From Verrucomicrobia bacterium UBA3841 (GTDB lineage: Bacteria; Verrucomicrobiota; Kiritimatiellia; RFP12; UBA1067), in assembly GCA_002392765.1 (NCBI GenBank), contig DGHT01000058.1, positions 9,326 to 73,325 on the forward strand: a stretch of DNA of 64,000 nt, read 5' to 3'. The position numbers and the translations under genes are program-made. The notes beneath the pieces were generated by a model that was not told where the DNA came from, did no database searches, and saw only the letters and a program-made list of their open reading frames with translations. This document shows, piece by piece, positions 17,153 to 27,900 of this stretch (within the stretch, counting starts at the first letter, position 1; every line of letters begins with the position of its first letter).

Positions 17153-18001
17153 TTGAAATACCGCAGCGTCATATTCAAGGCGGTGCTGACCGCGTCTGCG
17201 GCCGCGGCGCTGGCGCCGCAGCCGTCTTTCGCCGCCGGCGAAGCGGGATTCGGGGAATTGCGCGGAAAGGCGAAAGCCGAGTTCGCATCGGCATACCGTT
17301 CCACCTCCAGCGGCCTGCTCGACACCTGTCCGGTGGCGACGCAGTCGCTTGACTGGAATCTTTCCCTCGCCGGCTGCGGATATCTCGAAGGATACTTTTG
17401 GACCATCAGCTCCCTCCACAACAGACAAAGGGAGCAGCACCGTGTGCTTTTCTACGATTTCGAGACGTCGATCCGGTACGGATACCCCGTTCGCATCGCT
17501 GAAGGCGTGAAACTTTCCACAAGCGTCGGGCCGTACTTCGACCTTCCTTTCGGATACCCGCGTGCACACATGAAATGCTGGGGGACGTACGCCGTGCAGA
17601 GGCTTGACAATCCATGGCTCGTGCCGTACTGGAAGGGGCTGTGGATCGTCGAGCCGACGCGCCGCGGCCGCGTCTGCTTCGGCGTCGAGAAGAAATTCGG
17701 GCTTCCCGGAGGTCTGTCGCTCACTCCGTTCGCGGAGACGACGTGGATGGACAAGCGCCGGTTCGACAGGCGCTACGGCGCCGAACCCGAGAAAGGCGGG
17801 CTGCTGGGCGGCGCATTTGCGGTCACGCTAATCGGCGTCCAGGCGAAATGGGCGGTCGGCGACAATGTTTCCATAACCGCGATGGCGGCCATGTGCGACA
17901 CTGTCAACCGGCAGGCGCGCCAGGCGACCAGAAGGTCGGACGCCTATTACGCAAAAAACGACTGGCCGGTTTTCCGGCTCGGCGTCGAATACGGCTTTTG
18001 A
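17153..18001 (+). CDS. Putative outer-membrane beta-barrel protein
   Basis: TTG start and signal peptide (AVLTASAAAALAPQPSFA). It has alternating hydrophobic strands rich in Y/W/G and the C-terminal OMP signature ...FRLGVEYGF. Confidence 0.55.
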   Translation: MKYRSVIFKAVLTASAAAALAPQPSFAAGEAGFGELRGKAKAEFASAYRSTSSGLLDTCPVATQSLDWNLSLAGCGYLEGYFWTISSLHNRQREQHRVLFYDFETSIRYGYPVRIAEGVKLSTSVGPYFDLPFGYPRAHMKCWGTYAVQRLDNPWLVPYWKGLWIVEPTRRGRVCFGVEKKFGLPGGLSLTPFAETTWMDKRRFDRRYGAEPEKGGLLGGAFAVTLIGVQAKWAVGDNVSITAMAAMCDTVNRQARQATRRSDAYYAKNDWPVFRLGVEYGF

Positions 18002-18031
18002 ATTTTCCGTATGGACTAATTCCTGCGATTA

Positions 18032-18040
18032 TGGTATAAT
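18032..18040 (+). promoter_or_regulatory. Extended -10 box TGGTATAAT upstream of the ankyrin-lipoprotein gene
   Basis: Read directly. About 77 nt of leader with a GGAGAG RBS lies before the ATG at 18118. Confidence 0.4.
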
Positions 18041-18117
18041 CAATAATCAAATCTGCGGCGGATCAAGGGGCGACTGCCGCGGACTTAAATAAACGCCCCG
18101 TTTCAGGAGAGAAGCAA

Positions 18118-21100
18118 ATGCACAGGACTATGTTGGCTTGGTCCGCGCTGGTGGCTGTTTGTATTGCGGCCGGGTGTAAGACCGAGATGAAAGATTCGAG
18201 CGGCAATCCCGTGGTGGACCGGTCGGGGAATACGGTTATGGTGTCGGGTTCGACGCAGGAAAGGATCGAGAAGGTCGCTCCCGCCATCCGCTCCGGGATT
18301 CGCACTGAGATCGAAGCGATCGTGAAGAACGATGGCGTTTCCGCCGCCGCGTCAGCCGGAATCCCGGAGGAGAAGCTGAAATCGCTCGCAGGGCCCGACG
18401 CGACCCCCGAAGACATCGAGGCGTTGAAGACCCTCGTCGGGGCCGAGGCCGACAAGTACCTCAAGGAGACTGTCTATCCCGAAACCGTCGCGGCGACCAA
18501 GAAGGCGATGGAGAGCGCCGTCGACAAGTATATCGCCGCGTCCCAGTTCAAGCAGGCGACCGCGGTGGTGTCCAACGTCAAGAAGACCGGGATCGCCGAA
18601 ATCGACGGTCCCGTCCTCGCTTGCGCCGAGGAGCTGAACAAGGCGAAAATCGTCAAAGCCTATTCCGATTCGATAATCGCCAAGGTCGATCCCTACGTGG
18701 ACAAGTGCATCTCGTCCGGCAAGTACGACAAGGCGCGTGAAGCGCTGTGGCGCTCCGCCACGACCGGCAACTCCGATGTGGACGCGGCGGTGCGCACCCG
18801 CGCCATCGAACGGATGCACACTGTCGTCAACCCCGCCGAGTGGACCTTGATCGAGACCGAACTCAAGGACAAGGTCGCGTCCCTCGCGGCCGAGAACGAA
18901 TATGACGCCGCCATCGACTGGCTCAAGGCCTATCGCCGCGTCCGCACGTATTCGTTCATACTCGACGAGAAGCTCAATGCGGTCAAGGACGAACTCGTCA
19001 AGATCGGCATCGCCGACGAGAACGTCCAGCCGATTCTCGAAGCGACCGGCAAGCTCGTCGGCGAGGCGGCCAGGATTCTCGACATGACCGACGTGACGAC
19101 CAATTCGGTCACGACGATCTCCGGCGCCGAGACTTCCGGTTTCGAGCCCGACATCGAAGCCTACAAGGCGAAACTCGAGGAATACCGCAAGATGCTCGTG
19201 CGCTACGATTGCACCGAGGCCAACGCCGACGCGATCGCCGGAAAGTTCGACCGCGACGTTGCCCCGCTTATCGCTTCGCTCAGCAAGCCCGGCACCAAGG
19301 AGAACGACACGGTCGAGACGAAAGCGTTCCTCCAGCTCGGCACTGGCGCGCTGAACGCCCGCATCGACAAGCTTGTCGCCGCGCTGATCGCCGATATCGA
19401 GCAGAAGAAGGCGGCCTACCTCAAGGCGATGCGCGAAGCGCAGATCCAGGCCGCGATAGACGATCTCGTCGCAAAGGTCAAGCAGCTTGTCGCCGACGGC
19501 GAGTACGCCCAGGCGCGCGAAGCCGTCTGGGAAGCGACTTCCACCGAGGATGTCGAATTGAACGCCAAGGTGCGCGAGACAGGCATGGAACTGCTGCTCA
19601 CTCTCGTCAACCCCTCCAACTGGAATGCGATCGAGAAGGAGTTCGCGGACAAGGTCGCCGAGGCTGCGGAAAGCGCCGCGTACGACGAGGCCATCGAGTG
19701 GGTCGAACAGTATCCCTGCATCCGCACGTACACGTCCGTCATCGACGCGAAGCTCGACAGCGTCAAGGATGAACTCGTCAAGCTCGGCGTCGCCGCCGAC
19801 AAGGTCGATCCCGTCGCCGAGGAAACATGCAGGGCCACGGTCGAGGCCGAGCGCCTGGCGAGCCACGTGGACACTCTGCGCACGCTTCCCGCCGGCGAGA
19901 AGGTCGCCGTTCCCCTGGACGACTACGAGAAACTCCTCGCCGGCTATCGCAAGGCTCTCGTTCTGAACGACTGCACCGAGGCCAATGCCGATGCGCTCGC
20001 GTCCGGTTTCGACGCGAAAGTCCGTCCCTTGATCAATCTCCTTTCGGCCACCGAGGAGAAGACGGTTCTTCTGCTCGGCTCCAATGCCGTCAACGACCGC
20101 CTTGCGGCTCTGCGTGCAAAGACGGTCGAGGTTCTCAAGAGCGCCAAGTACAAGCACGTGTTCACCGACCTCATCGCGAAGGTCTCCGCCGCCGTGGAGG
20201 AATCCCGCTTCGGCGACGCGCGCAACATCATCCGCGACGTCGGGCTTGTCGGAGACGCCGACTGGGACGCCCGCATCTACGCCACGCGCGTCGGTCTTCT
20301 GAACAGCATCGTCAACCCCGCCCAGTTCGCTTCGCTAGCGGCGGAAATCGACGCCAAGAAGGAGGAGCTGTTCTCCGAAAAACGCTATGAGGAGTTCTGC
20401 GAGTACGCCGAAAACTACGAGTACGTGCACGATACGTACGAGCAGATCGCCCAGGCGCTCGAGCAGATCAAGGTCGCGATGGTCGGTTTGACGATCGCCG
20501 GGGAAGATGCCGCTGTCTACATCGATTCGCTCTCCGCCCGCATCCGCGAGGCCATGGAGAAGCGCACCGGAGTATACAAGGTCGACACCGACAAGGATCT
20601 CACGGAGCTTGAAAAGGCTCTCGCCGAACTTGAAAAGGGAATTGTCGCGCAGTACTGCCGTCCCGACGAGGTCAAGAAGTTCTGCGAGGTTGTGAAGGCG
20701 GAAATTCTCGCGCTGATCTCCAAGACCCCCGATCCGATGACGACCTGGGAGATGAACGAAGCCCTCGCCGCGCGCCTGCGCGGGTATGCCGAAGCGACCG
20801 CCGCGCTTGTCGTGGAACGCGATGCGGAAAACGCGGCTGCGGCGTACGCCAGACTTCTCGAGGAGATAGACGCCGAGGTTTCGTTCGATTCGCAGATTGC
20901 AATGGCCGAGGACGCCATCGCCAAGCAGCTCGGAATCAAGTGCCCCGATGCGCACCTCAAGGTCAACGCGCTTCTCGGCGAGTACGCCCGCACGATGAGG
21001 CTGCTCAAGCTTGGCAAGGCGCTTGACGCCGGCCAGAAGACGGTCATGCTTCTCGGAGGCGCCTACCTGGATCAGCCGGCCGTCATCGACCGCGCGCTCG

Positions 21101-21789
21101 AACTCGGAGCCGACATCAACGGTACGTCGTCGCGCGATCCGCTTGCGCGCACTGCGGTGCTTGTCGCGATCCAGCAGGGACACAACTCGCTCTTGAAGCA
21201 TCTTGCCTCCGCAAATGCGGCGCTCGGCGTTTCCGACGCGAACGGCGACACCGCGCTCCACTATGCCGTCACGCGCGGCAACCTCGCCGTAGTCAAGGCG
21301 ATGCTGGCCAAGAACGACGTGAACGCGGCGAACAAAGCCGGCGAGACCGCGCTCTTCATCGCTGCGCGCAAGAACCAGGCCGCTCTCGTTGAAGCGCTGA
21401 TCGCGGCGAAGGCCGACGTCAACGCCGTCAACGCGGCCAAGGCGTCCGTCATGGACGCCGCCTGCCTCGCCGGCAGCCGGGACGTTCTCGATGCGCTTGA
21501 CGCCGCCGGAGCAGCGTACGGTCCCGCGCAACTCGCCATCGCCGCCGCCAAAGACCATATCGCAGTCGCGCAGTGGCTCGTCGGCAAGGGTGTCGATGTC
21601 AATGCACCCGGCGTGATGCAGGCTGCGGTCTGCAAGTCCGCAACCAAGCGCTACCTCGTCCACGAGGGCGGATTGCCAGTTCCGTGCGGCGAGGGATGCG
21701 CCTGCGCCGTGACCGCCGGATGCTGCGGCGACAACTGCAAATGCGCTGCGGCCGCCGGAAGCTGCGGCGGCAAGGTTTCCGAAAAGTAA
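18118..21789 (+). CDS. Large lipoprotein with three ~240-260-aa internal helical modules, C-terminal ankyrin repeats and a Cys-rich tail
   Basis: Lipobox VCIAAGC. Modules start near nt 18673, 19459 and 20164 (..AKV....GxYxxAREAxW...VNPxxW...YDxAIxW...RTY..). ANK consensus GDTALHYAVTRGNLAVVKAMLAKNDVNAANKAGETALFIAARKNQ is present. The tail is CGEGCACAVTAGCCGDNCKCAAAAGSCGG. Confidence 0.8.
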   Translation: MHRTMLAWSALVAVCIAAGCKTEMKDSSGNPVVDRSGNTVMVSGSTQERIEKVAPAIRSGIRTEIEAIVKNDGVSAAASAGIPEEKLKSLAGPDATPEDIEALKTLVGAEADKYLKETVYPETVAATKKAMESAVDKYIAASQFKQATAVVSNVKKTGIAEIDGPVLACAEELNKAKIVKAYSDSIIAKVDPYVDKCISSGKYDKAREALWRSATTGNSDVDAAVRTRAIERMHTVVNPAEWTLIETELKDKVASLAAENEYDAAIDWLKAYRRVRTYSFILDEKLNAVKDELVKIGIADENVQPILEATGKLVGEAARILDMTDVTTNSVTTISGAETSGFEPDIEAYKAKLEEYRKMLVRYDCTEANADAIAGKFDRDVAPLIASLSKPGTKENDTVETKAFLQLGTGALNARIDKLVAALIADIEQKKAAYLKAMREAQIQAAIDDLVAKVKQLVADGEYAQAREAVWEATSTEDVELNAKVRETGMELLLTLVNPSNWNAIEKEFADKVAEAAESAAYDEAIEWVEQYPCIRTYTSVIDAKLDSVKDELVKLGVAADKVDPVAEETCRATVEAERLASHVDTLRTLPAGEKVAVPLDDYEKLLAGYRKALVLNDCTEANADALASGFDAKVRPLINLLSATEEKTVLLLGSNAVNDRLAALRAKTVEVLKSAKYKHVFTDLIAKVSAAVEESRFGDARNIIRDVGLVGDADWDARIYATRVGLLNSIVNPAQFASLAAEIDAKKEELFSEKRYEEFCEYAENYEYVHDTYEQIAQALEQIKVAMVGLTIAGEDAAVYIDSLSARIREAMEKRTGVYKVDTDKDLTELEKALAELEKGIVAQYCRPDEVKKFCEVVKAEILALISKTPDPMTTWEMNEALAARLRGYAEATAALVVERDAENAAAAYARLLEEIDAEVSFDSQIAMAEDAIAKQLGIKCPDAHLKVNALLGEYARTMRLLKLGKALDAGQKTVMLLGGAYLDQPAVIDRALELGADINGTSSRDPLARTAVLVAIQQGHNSLLKHLASANAALGVSDANGDTALHYAVTRGNLAVVKAMLAKNDVNAANKAGETALFIAARKNQAALVEALIAAKADVNAVNAAKASVMDAACLAGSRDVLDALDAAGAAYGPAQLAIAAAKDHIAVAQWLVGKGVDVNAPGVMQAAVCKSATKRYLVHEGGLPVPCGEGCACAVTAGCCGDNCKCAAAAGSCGGKVSEK

Positions 21790-21815
21790 ACGGCAGTCTG
21801 TCAGATAAGAAAAAC

Positions 21816-21852
21816 TCCGCCGCCCGGGAAGCCCCGGACGGCGGAATTTTTT
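21816..21852 (+). terminator. Rho-independent terminator
   Basis: TCCGCCG...CGGCGGA stem followed by ATTTTTT. Confidence 0.8.
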
Positions 21853-21879
21853 CTTAGGCGAAATTTCACAAATCTTTGC

Positions 21880-21908
21880 TTGCATGTATGCGCATTTTTT
21901 GTTAGAAT
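21880..21908 (+). promoter_or_regulatory. Sigma70-like promoter TTGCAT-17 nt-TGTTAGAAT upstream of the giant surface protein gene
   Basis: Hexamers and spacing read directly, with an ~85-nt leader. Confidence 0.45.
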
Positions 21909-21993
21909 TAAAGCGATGCACTGCGGGCGGGTTCCCCCGTGCAGGTGAAGATTGCTGCAAATAAGGGAAAAACAGTAAAAAAGGAAAACCTAC

Positions 21994-24900
21994 ATGAGTA
22001 CGCTTACAACGAAAATCACGCGAGCCGCACTCGCGCTGTGCTTTGCGACGCCACTGGTGTCATGGGCAGACGCGATTACCGCCGTCAACCCGGTAACGGG
22101 CGAAACGGAGACGTATACTTATAAGTTCACAGGGACCGACATATGGAACGGGACCGAATATTGGCAGGATTCAAATGGTGACAATCCCTCCGCCGTTCCT
22201 GCCAAGTCGGGCGATAATATCTGGGCCCCAATCCTTTTTGCCGGTGATACCATCAACATCAATGCGTCCATGTCGGTAGAGGGCTGGAACCTGCGAATGG
22301 GCCTCTACAACGGCGCGAGCGTCACGCTGAAAAATCTCCAAAAGCTGCAGGGCGGCCTCGGCATGTGGATCACAGTCGATAGTTCCTCACACTGCACAAT
22401 TGAGGCCATGGCGAACAAGAAACTGGCGAATGCAAATCCACTGTGCCTCTATTCCGCCAACGAGGGCGGCATTGCGTGGACGCAGGAGCTTTCAAGTTCC
22501 GGCAATGAAAGCGGCGATACGGCCATGCCGTTTCACTATTATCTCGCCGGCAACGGCACCGTCGCCTACAACGGCGGCATCGCGGCGGCCGCGGGCGGCG
22601 CGCATGTAATCAAGCAGGCCGACGTCACGCTCTCCGGCAACTCTGAAGTCGTTTCGAAGACCCTCGTTTCATTCACTTCTTCTTCCACGACCTTTACGGC
22701 CGACGCCGCTATCAAGGTCAAGAATGGTGACAACGTTCTCAAGACCGTTTATCTTACAAGCGTGACGACTGCCGATGACACAACTCTTACGGCAGAAGAT
22801 GATGTCGGCGCGTGCGAACTCGTTCAGACACCCACAGGCATCGTCCTTTACTATGTTGACGGCGATCCCGCCGATGTGAATGTAGAAGAAAAGACATACA
22901 AGCCCTCCATCAACATCAACTTCACAAACGGTGCGAGCAACGGCCTTACGACACAATCCGATGTCGGACTTTCCGGCTATGAGGTTCCCGGCACTTCTTG
23001 GAACAATTATGTGGTTGCGAACAGCACTTTCAGCACTGTCAACGCTGTCGATTCCACGGGCGCGGCCTCCGCAATGTCTGGTGTGAGCGTCACGATTTCC
23101 GGCACGCGCGGCAGCTATAGCTGTGGCAACCTCACGCCATCGAGCAACCCGCTTCACGGCTATATTGACGAGAATGGAAACAATCCCACACCGACGGTCA
23201 CTGTTACTGGCATTCCTTACTACAAGTATCGCGTCCTCGTTTATCATTCGACGGACTCGGGAAGCGTCCCGTTTGGCTATGACACCATCAATGGCAAGAA
23301 CTACACGTATGAAAACGACGCCTTGTCGGAAGGCACGACGGCTTGGGGCAATGCAGGTGCACAGGATAGCGCCAACGCGATTGCTGAAGGCGGCAATGTT
23401 CTCGTGACAGAAGCGCTTTCCGGCTCTACCCTTACGGTTGTTGGACACCGCGCAGGTGGAGCTTCTAATGCGAGAGGCTGCATTGCGGCTATCCAGATCA
23501 TCGAGGTCAAGGCTGATGTCGGCGAGAACGACCTTGAGATTCCCGTCTCCGGCGATACCCAATATACGGTCGAAGAAACAAAAGAGCTTTCCGGCACGGT
23601 TTACTTGACCGGTTTGGGTACGCTTACGCTCGCTGGCGAGAACAAGATTTCCGCAGCCACCATTGAAATTGGCGGAGGAGTAACACTGGTTGTCAACGCC
23701 GACCGTCTTGACGCCACCACCTTTACCGGCGCTGGCACGGTTGTGTATGATGGTTTGCAGCCGGAAACAACCAAGGGTTTCGATAATTCTGCCTGGACAG
23801 GCACCGTTTGGGTGAAGAATGTCGGCGATACGTTAAAGGGCGAAGCCACAGACGCAAAAGTCACCACTCGTCTTGGTAGCGATACAACGGACGCTACAAG
23901 CAACGAATTGAACAAGTGGGGCAATGCCAACTCCTTCGTCAAGTTCACGAATGTCCGCGCTTTCATGGCCAAAGCCGATGTTCCCTGGACGCTCGTCCTC
24001 GAAGACGATGACACGAACTACGCCTGGTACAACAACGAGGGCTGGACGGCTCGCTCTATCACAATTGCCGCGCTGAAGGGCGACGGCACTTTCTGGGATA
24101 TCAACGACGGCGGCTGCCGCCCGTACCTGAACTTTGGCGACGCCTCGCAGTTCACGGGCACCATCAAGGCGCTGGGCAAGCAAGTGTTCCTCAATGACAC
24201 AACCAATATTGGTGATGCGTCGTCTGGTCTCGCCGGGCGCATTACAGTTCCCGCAAACCAGACGTTGACCGTCGCATCTGGCAAGACATGGCACACCAGC
24301 AACGGTCTCGTGGTCAATGGCACGCTCAATGTCAATGGCACTCTTGCGAGCGACAGCACTACCGCCGCAGTTTCCGGCTCCGGCACGGTCGTCTTCACCG
24401 GCTCTGCTCCCTCGCCCACCGGCGACGCCTGGTGGAAGAACGCCAGCTGGACGGGCACCGTGCAGATGAAGGATGTCACAAATCTGGTTGGCGGAACAAA
24501 TTGGACTGGCACGAATTTCCTGCCGAACGATTACGGCAATACGGGTTCCGTCCTCGAACTTTACAACTGCTCCGGCTGGTTGCCGAATAATAACAACTAT
24601 CAGTGCACTGTTCCGCTGAAAGTCACCGGCACGCTCACCATCAACGACGGTATATCCGGCAACAAATTCGTCATTAGCCATTTGAGCGGAAGCGGTGCAA
24701 TTCACACGACGAGTAATGGTGCTACCACTACTTTGCAGATTCTGGAGGCGGACGGGTTCACCGGCTATGTGCAGCTCAACTCCAAGCGCGTTGTATTTGG
24801 CAATATGCTGCCTTCCGAATACACCGTTGGCAACATTTATGTTGGCGAAGGATTCTCGTTCACCGTACCCAATTCCAACGTGGCATGGTACGGCACCGGC

Positions 24901-27900
24901 GGCATAACGCTCGCCGGCGAGCTTAAGGCGGCGGCGCTGAGCAATTTCGGCGGCGGCACCACCATAACGACAACAGACGATGGCGTATTCACGCTTGTTT
25001 CCAATAGCGATACGGATGACTTGAATGTCGATTACACTCGCATTCAAGGAACAGGCACTTTGAAGTTCGAGGGGTCAAAATACCGCACAATCTCCACGAA
25101 CAACTTCCCGACTGCGATGATAGTTGAGAATAACATCAGCAATGGCCTTATCCATCGTCTTCCGGGAGAGGAAGTTGCGATTGGAAGCCTCTCCGGTACC
25201 GGCCAGATGCGCAGCGACTGGGGTGGTAGCGGCAGCACGGGCGATCGCGATCTTCGCATCCTCCAGGCGAAAGATACGACGTATTCGGGTCTTTTCGCCA
25301 GCAACAACGACCGTATCGATGAAGTGTACGTCGCACCTGGCGCATCCACGGCAGGTACGCTTACGCTCTCCGGGACGCAGACGGCATCGAACGGTTTGAT
25401 TGTCGAGACTGGTGCATCCGTCAACCTCACCGGCACGTGGGTAGGCGCGACGACGGTCGCTGGCACGTTCGGCGGCACCGGCACGCTCACGGGCAACCTG
25501 ACCTTCAGCGACGGCGCGACGTTCAAGGCAAACGCCTCCGCTCTCACCGTTTCTGGCACTGTCACGATTCCAGCCGGCGAAGGGGAGTCGCTCACGATTG
25601 ATGCGGCCAACCTTGACGCAGACGAAGTCACCATCCTCTCCTCCGAATCGATTACCACGGAAACCGATGTCTCCAAGGTGACCGTTGACGGACTTTACAC
25701 CGTCGAGGCTGTTGCTGGTGCCCTCAAGCTCGTTAGCACAAGGGTTGAGGTTACTGTCCCTGCAATTAACAATGCGACAGTAACGGTTTCCGTTGGCGGC
25801 GAGACGATTGGAACCGAGGCGGGAACCTACAAGGTCGCCCCTGACGCTGTAGTCATTGCGACATACGCTGCCGAGGCAGGCTATGAGATCTCTGGCCAGA
25901 CGGTGTACACGATCGATGTCTCGAATAGCGAGACGACGTTCAATCCTGCCGGGACGACCGAGGTCAAGCAGTATGTGGCGCAGATTTACGGCGGCGAGAA
26001 GTACACAACGCTCCAGGCGGCGGTGGATGCCGCAGTGCGCAACTCCAAAATCATCGTTCTCGCAAATGAAACAGATGGCGCGACGATTCCATCGAAAGAC
26101 ATTTCGTTCTACATCTACACAGGCGCGTTTACGACCGGCGAAATACTGGATGCGACGGGCGATTTCATCACGACCAGGACGACAGAGAATATTTCGATTT
26201 CCGACGATATTCATGCCGACAAGGTGACTGCCACAAAGTACAGTGTTGCAGCGGCGTTCATGGCGGTGACGATCGACGGCACGCGCACCCTCTACGGACA
26301 GGCAAATGCTAACGACGCTTTGACTGCCGCCAACGCCGGCCCGATCGGCACGACGGTAGAGTTTCTTTCCGGCGATCCGGCAAGCTATGCCGAGTATCTG
26401 CCTATGTTTGACTACGACTCCAAAACGGGCGTATATACAAAGGTGGCCAATCCTGTCGCCGCCGTCTATAGCGGCGTCCAGCAGTTGAGCGTCCACAGAA
26501 CGCTCGCCGAAGCCGTCGCGGCGGCGGAGAACGGCCAGACGGTCAAGCTGTTGGACGGCATTGAGCTTGAAAGCGCGGCAGAGATCGCCTCCGGCAAGTC
26601 CATCACAATCGATTTGAACGGCAAGACGGTTGCGGGGCCGGCGGGTGGATATGCGTTCTCCAACGCAGGCGGCGTGACGATTGTCGGCAATGGCACGGTC
26701 ACGGGAGCGGGCGGCATCGTCTCCAACACGGCGAGCGGCGCCACGGTCGCCATCTCGAACGGAACGTACACCGTGACAGGCGATCTCTTCGGCAACGTCG
26801 AGGGCGGAACGATTGCAGTCAGCGGCGGCACGTACAACCAGTCCGTGGCAGACGAGTATCTTGCCGAGGGCTATGAAGTCACGGACAACGATGACGGCAC
26901 GTACGGCGTCCGCGAGGACAAGGGCTGGATCTATGCGGCGCCGGGGTACTGGAACTACACCGGTGCGTGGACTGGCGTGACGCCCGACGATGACGATCAG
27001 AAGGTCACCATCGAGTCCGGAGCGGCCTATACCGCGAGCAATGCGTCCGACGGTCGGCTGGTCACGGTTGAAATGACCGCCAGCTTCGCCGATGTGAACG
27101 AGGACGAACCCGACGCGACACTTGCAAACGCCAAGGGAGCGGTCAGGCTCGGCAAGGGCGAGACGGACGGCACATACACGTTCCAGCTCCTCACTTCCGA
27201 GAACTCGACTCCGGCGTGGAAAGATGCGGCAGGCTTCGCTCCTGCGAAGGAGACGGACTACACCTTCGTATTCGTGTTCGATCTCACGAACAAGACATAT
27301 ACGGCAGGTGTCGTAGTCGGATCAACGACGAATGAGCTCTCCGTCGGCGGCGGGACGGCGATTCCGTTTGCCGCGCAGAACGACAACCCGGTACAGACGA
27401 TCAACTTCGTCGGCGAAGGCACGGTATCGTCGATCAAGGGCGGCTACGAGACGCCGGAGCCTCCCCCTGCGGGATTTGTCGAGGACGAAGAGGTAACGCT
27501 CGACGACGGCACGGCGACGCTTACCGAGGATCAGGCCAAGTGGCTCAACGCCTGCGGAGACAAGGCCGCTGTTGCCGCGAAGATCGCGACGATGGATTCG
27601 ACGGCGTTCAACAACGCGTATCTCCTTAACCTCAATATCACCGGCGAATTCAGCTACGAGTTCAAGGTGACCGCGATTGAGGTCGGTGATGACGACGTGA
27701 CGCTGACCGTCTCGCTGACGCGCACGGGAGCGCTTGACGAAACTACCAAGATTAACGGTACGGTCGCGCTTACGGGTACCGACGAGCTTGGCAAGACGTT
27801 CGAGACGATCGACGAGGCAACTGTAGTCGACGAGGACTTCAGCGAAGACGCCACCACAACGATCACGCTCGACAAGGGCGATGCAAAGTTCTTCCTGCCG

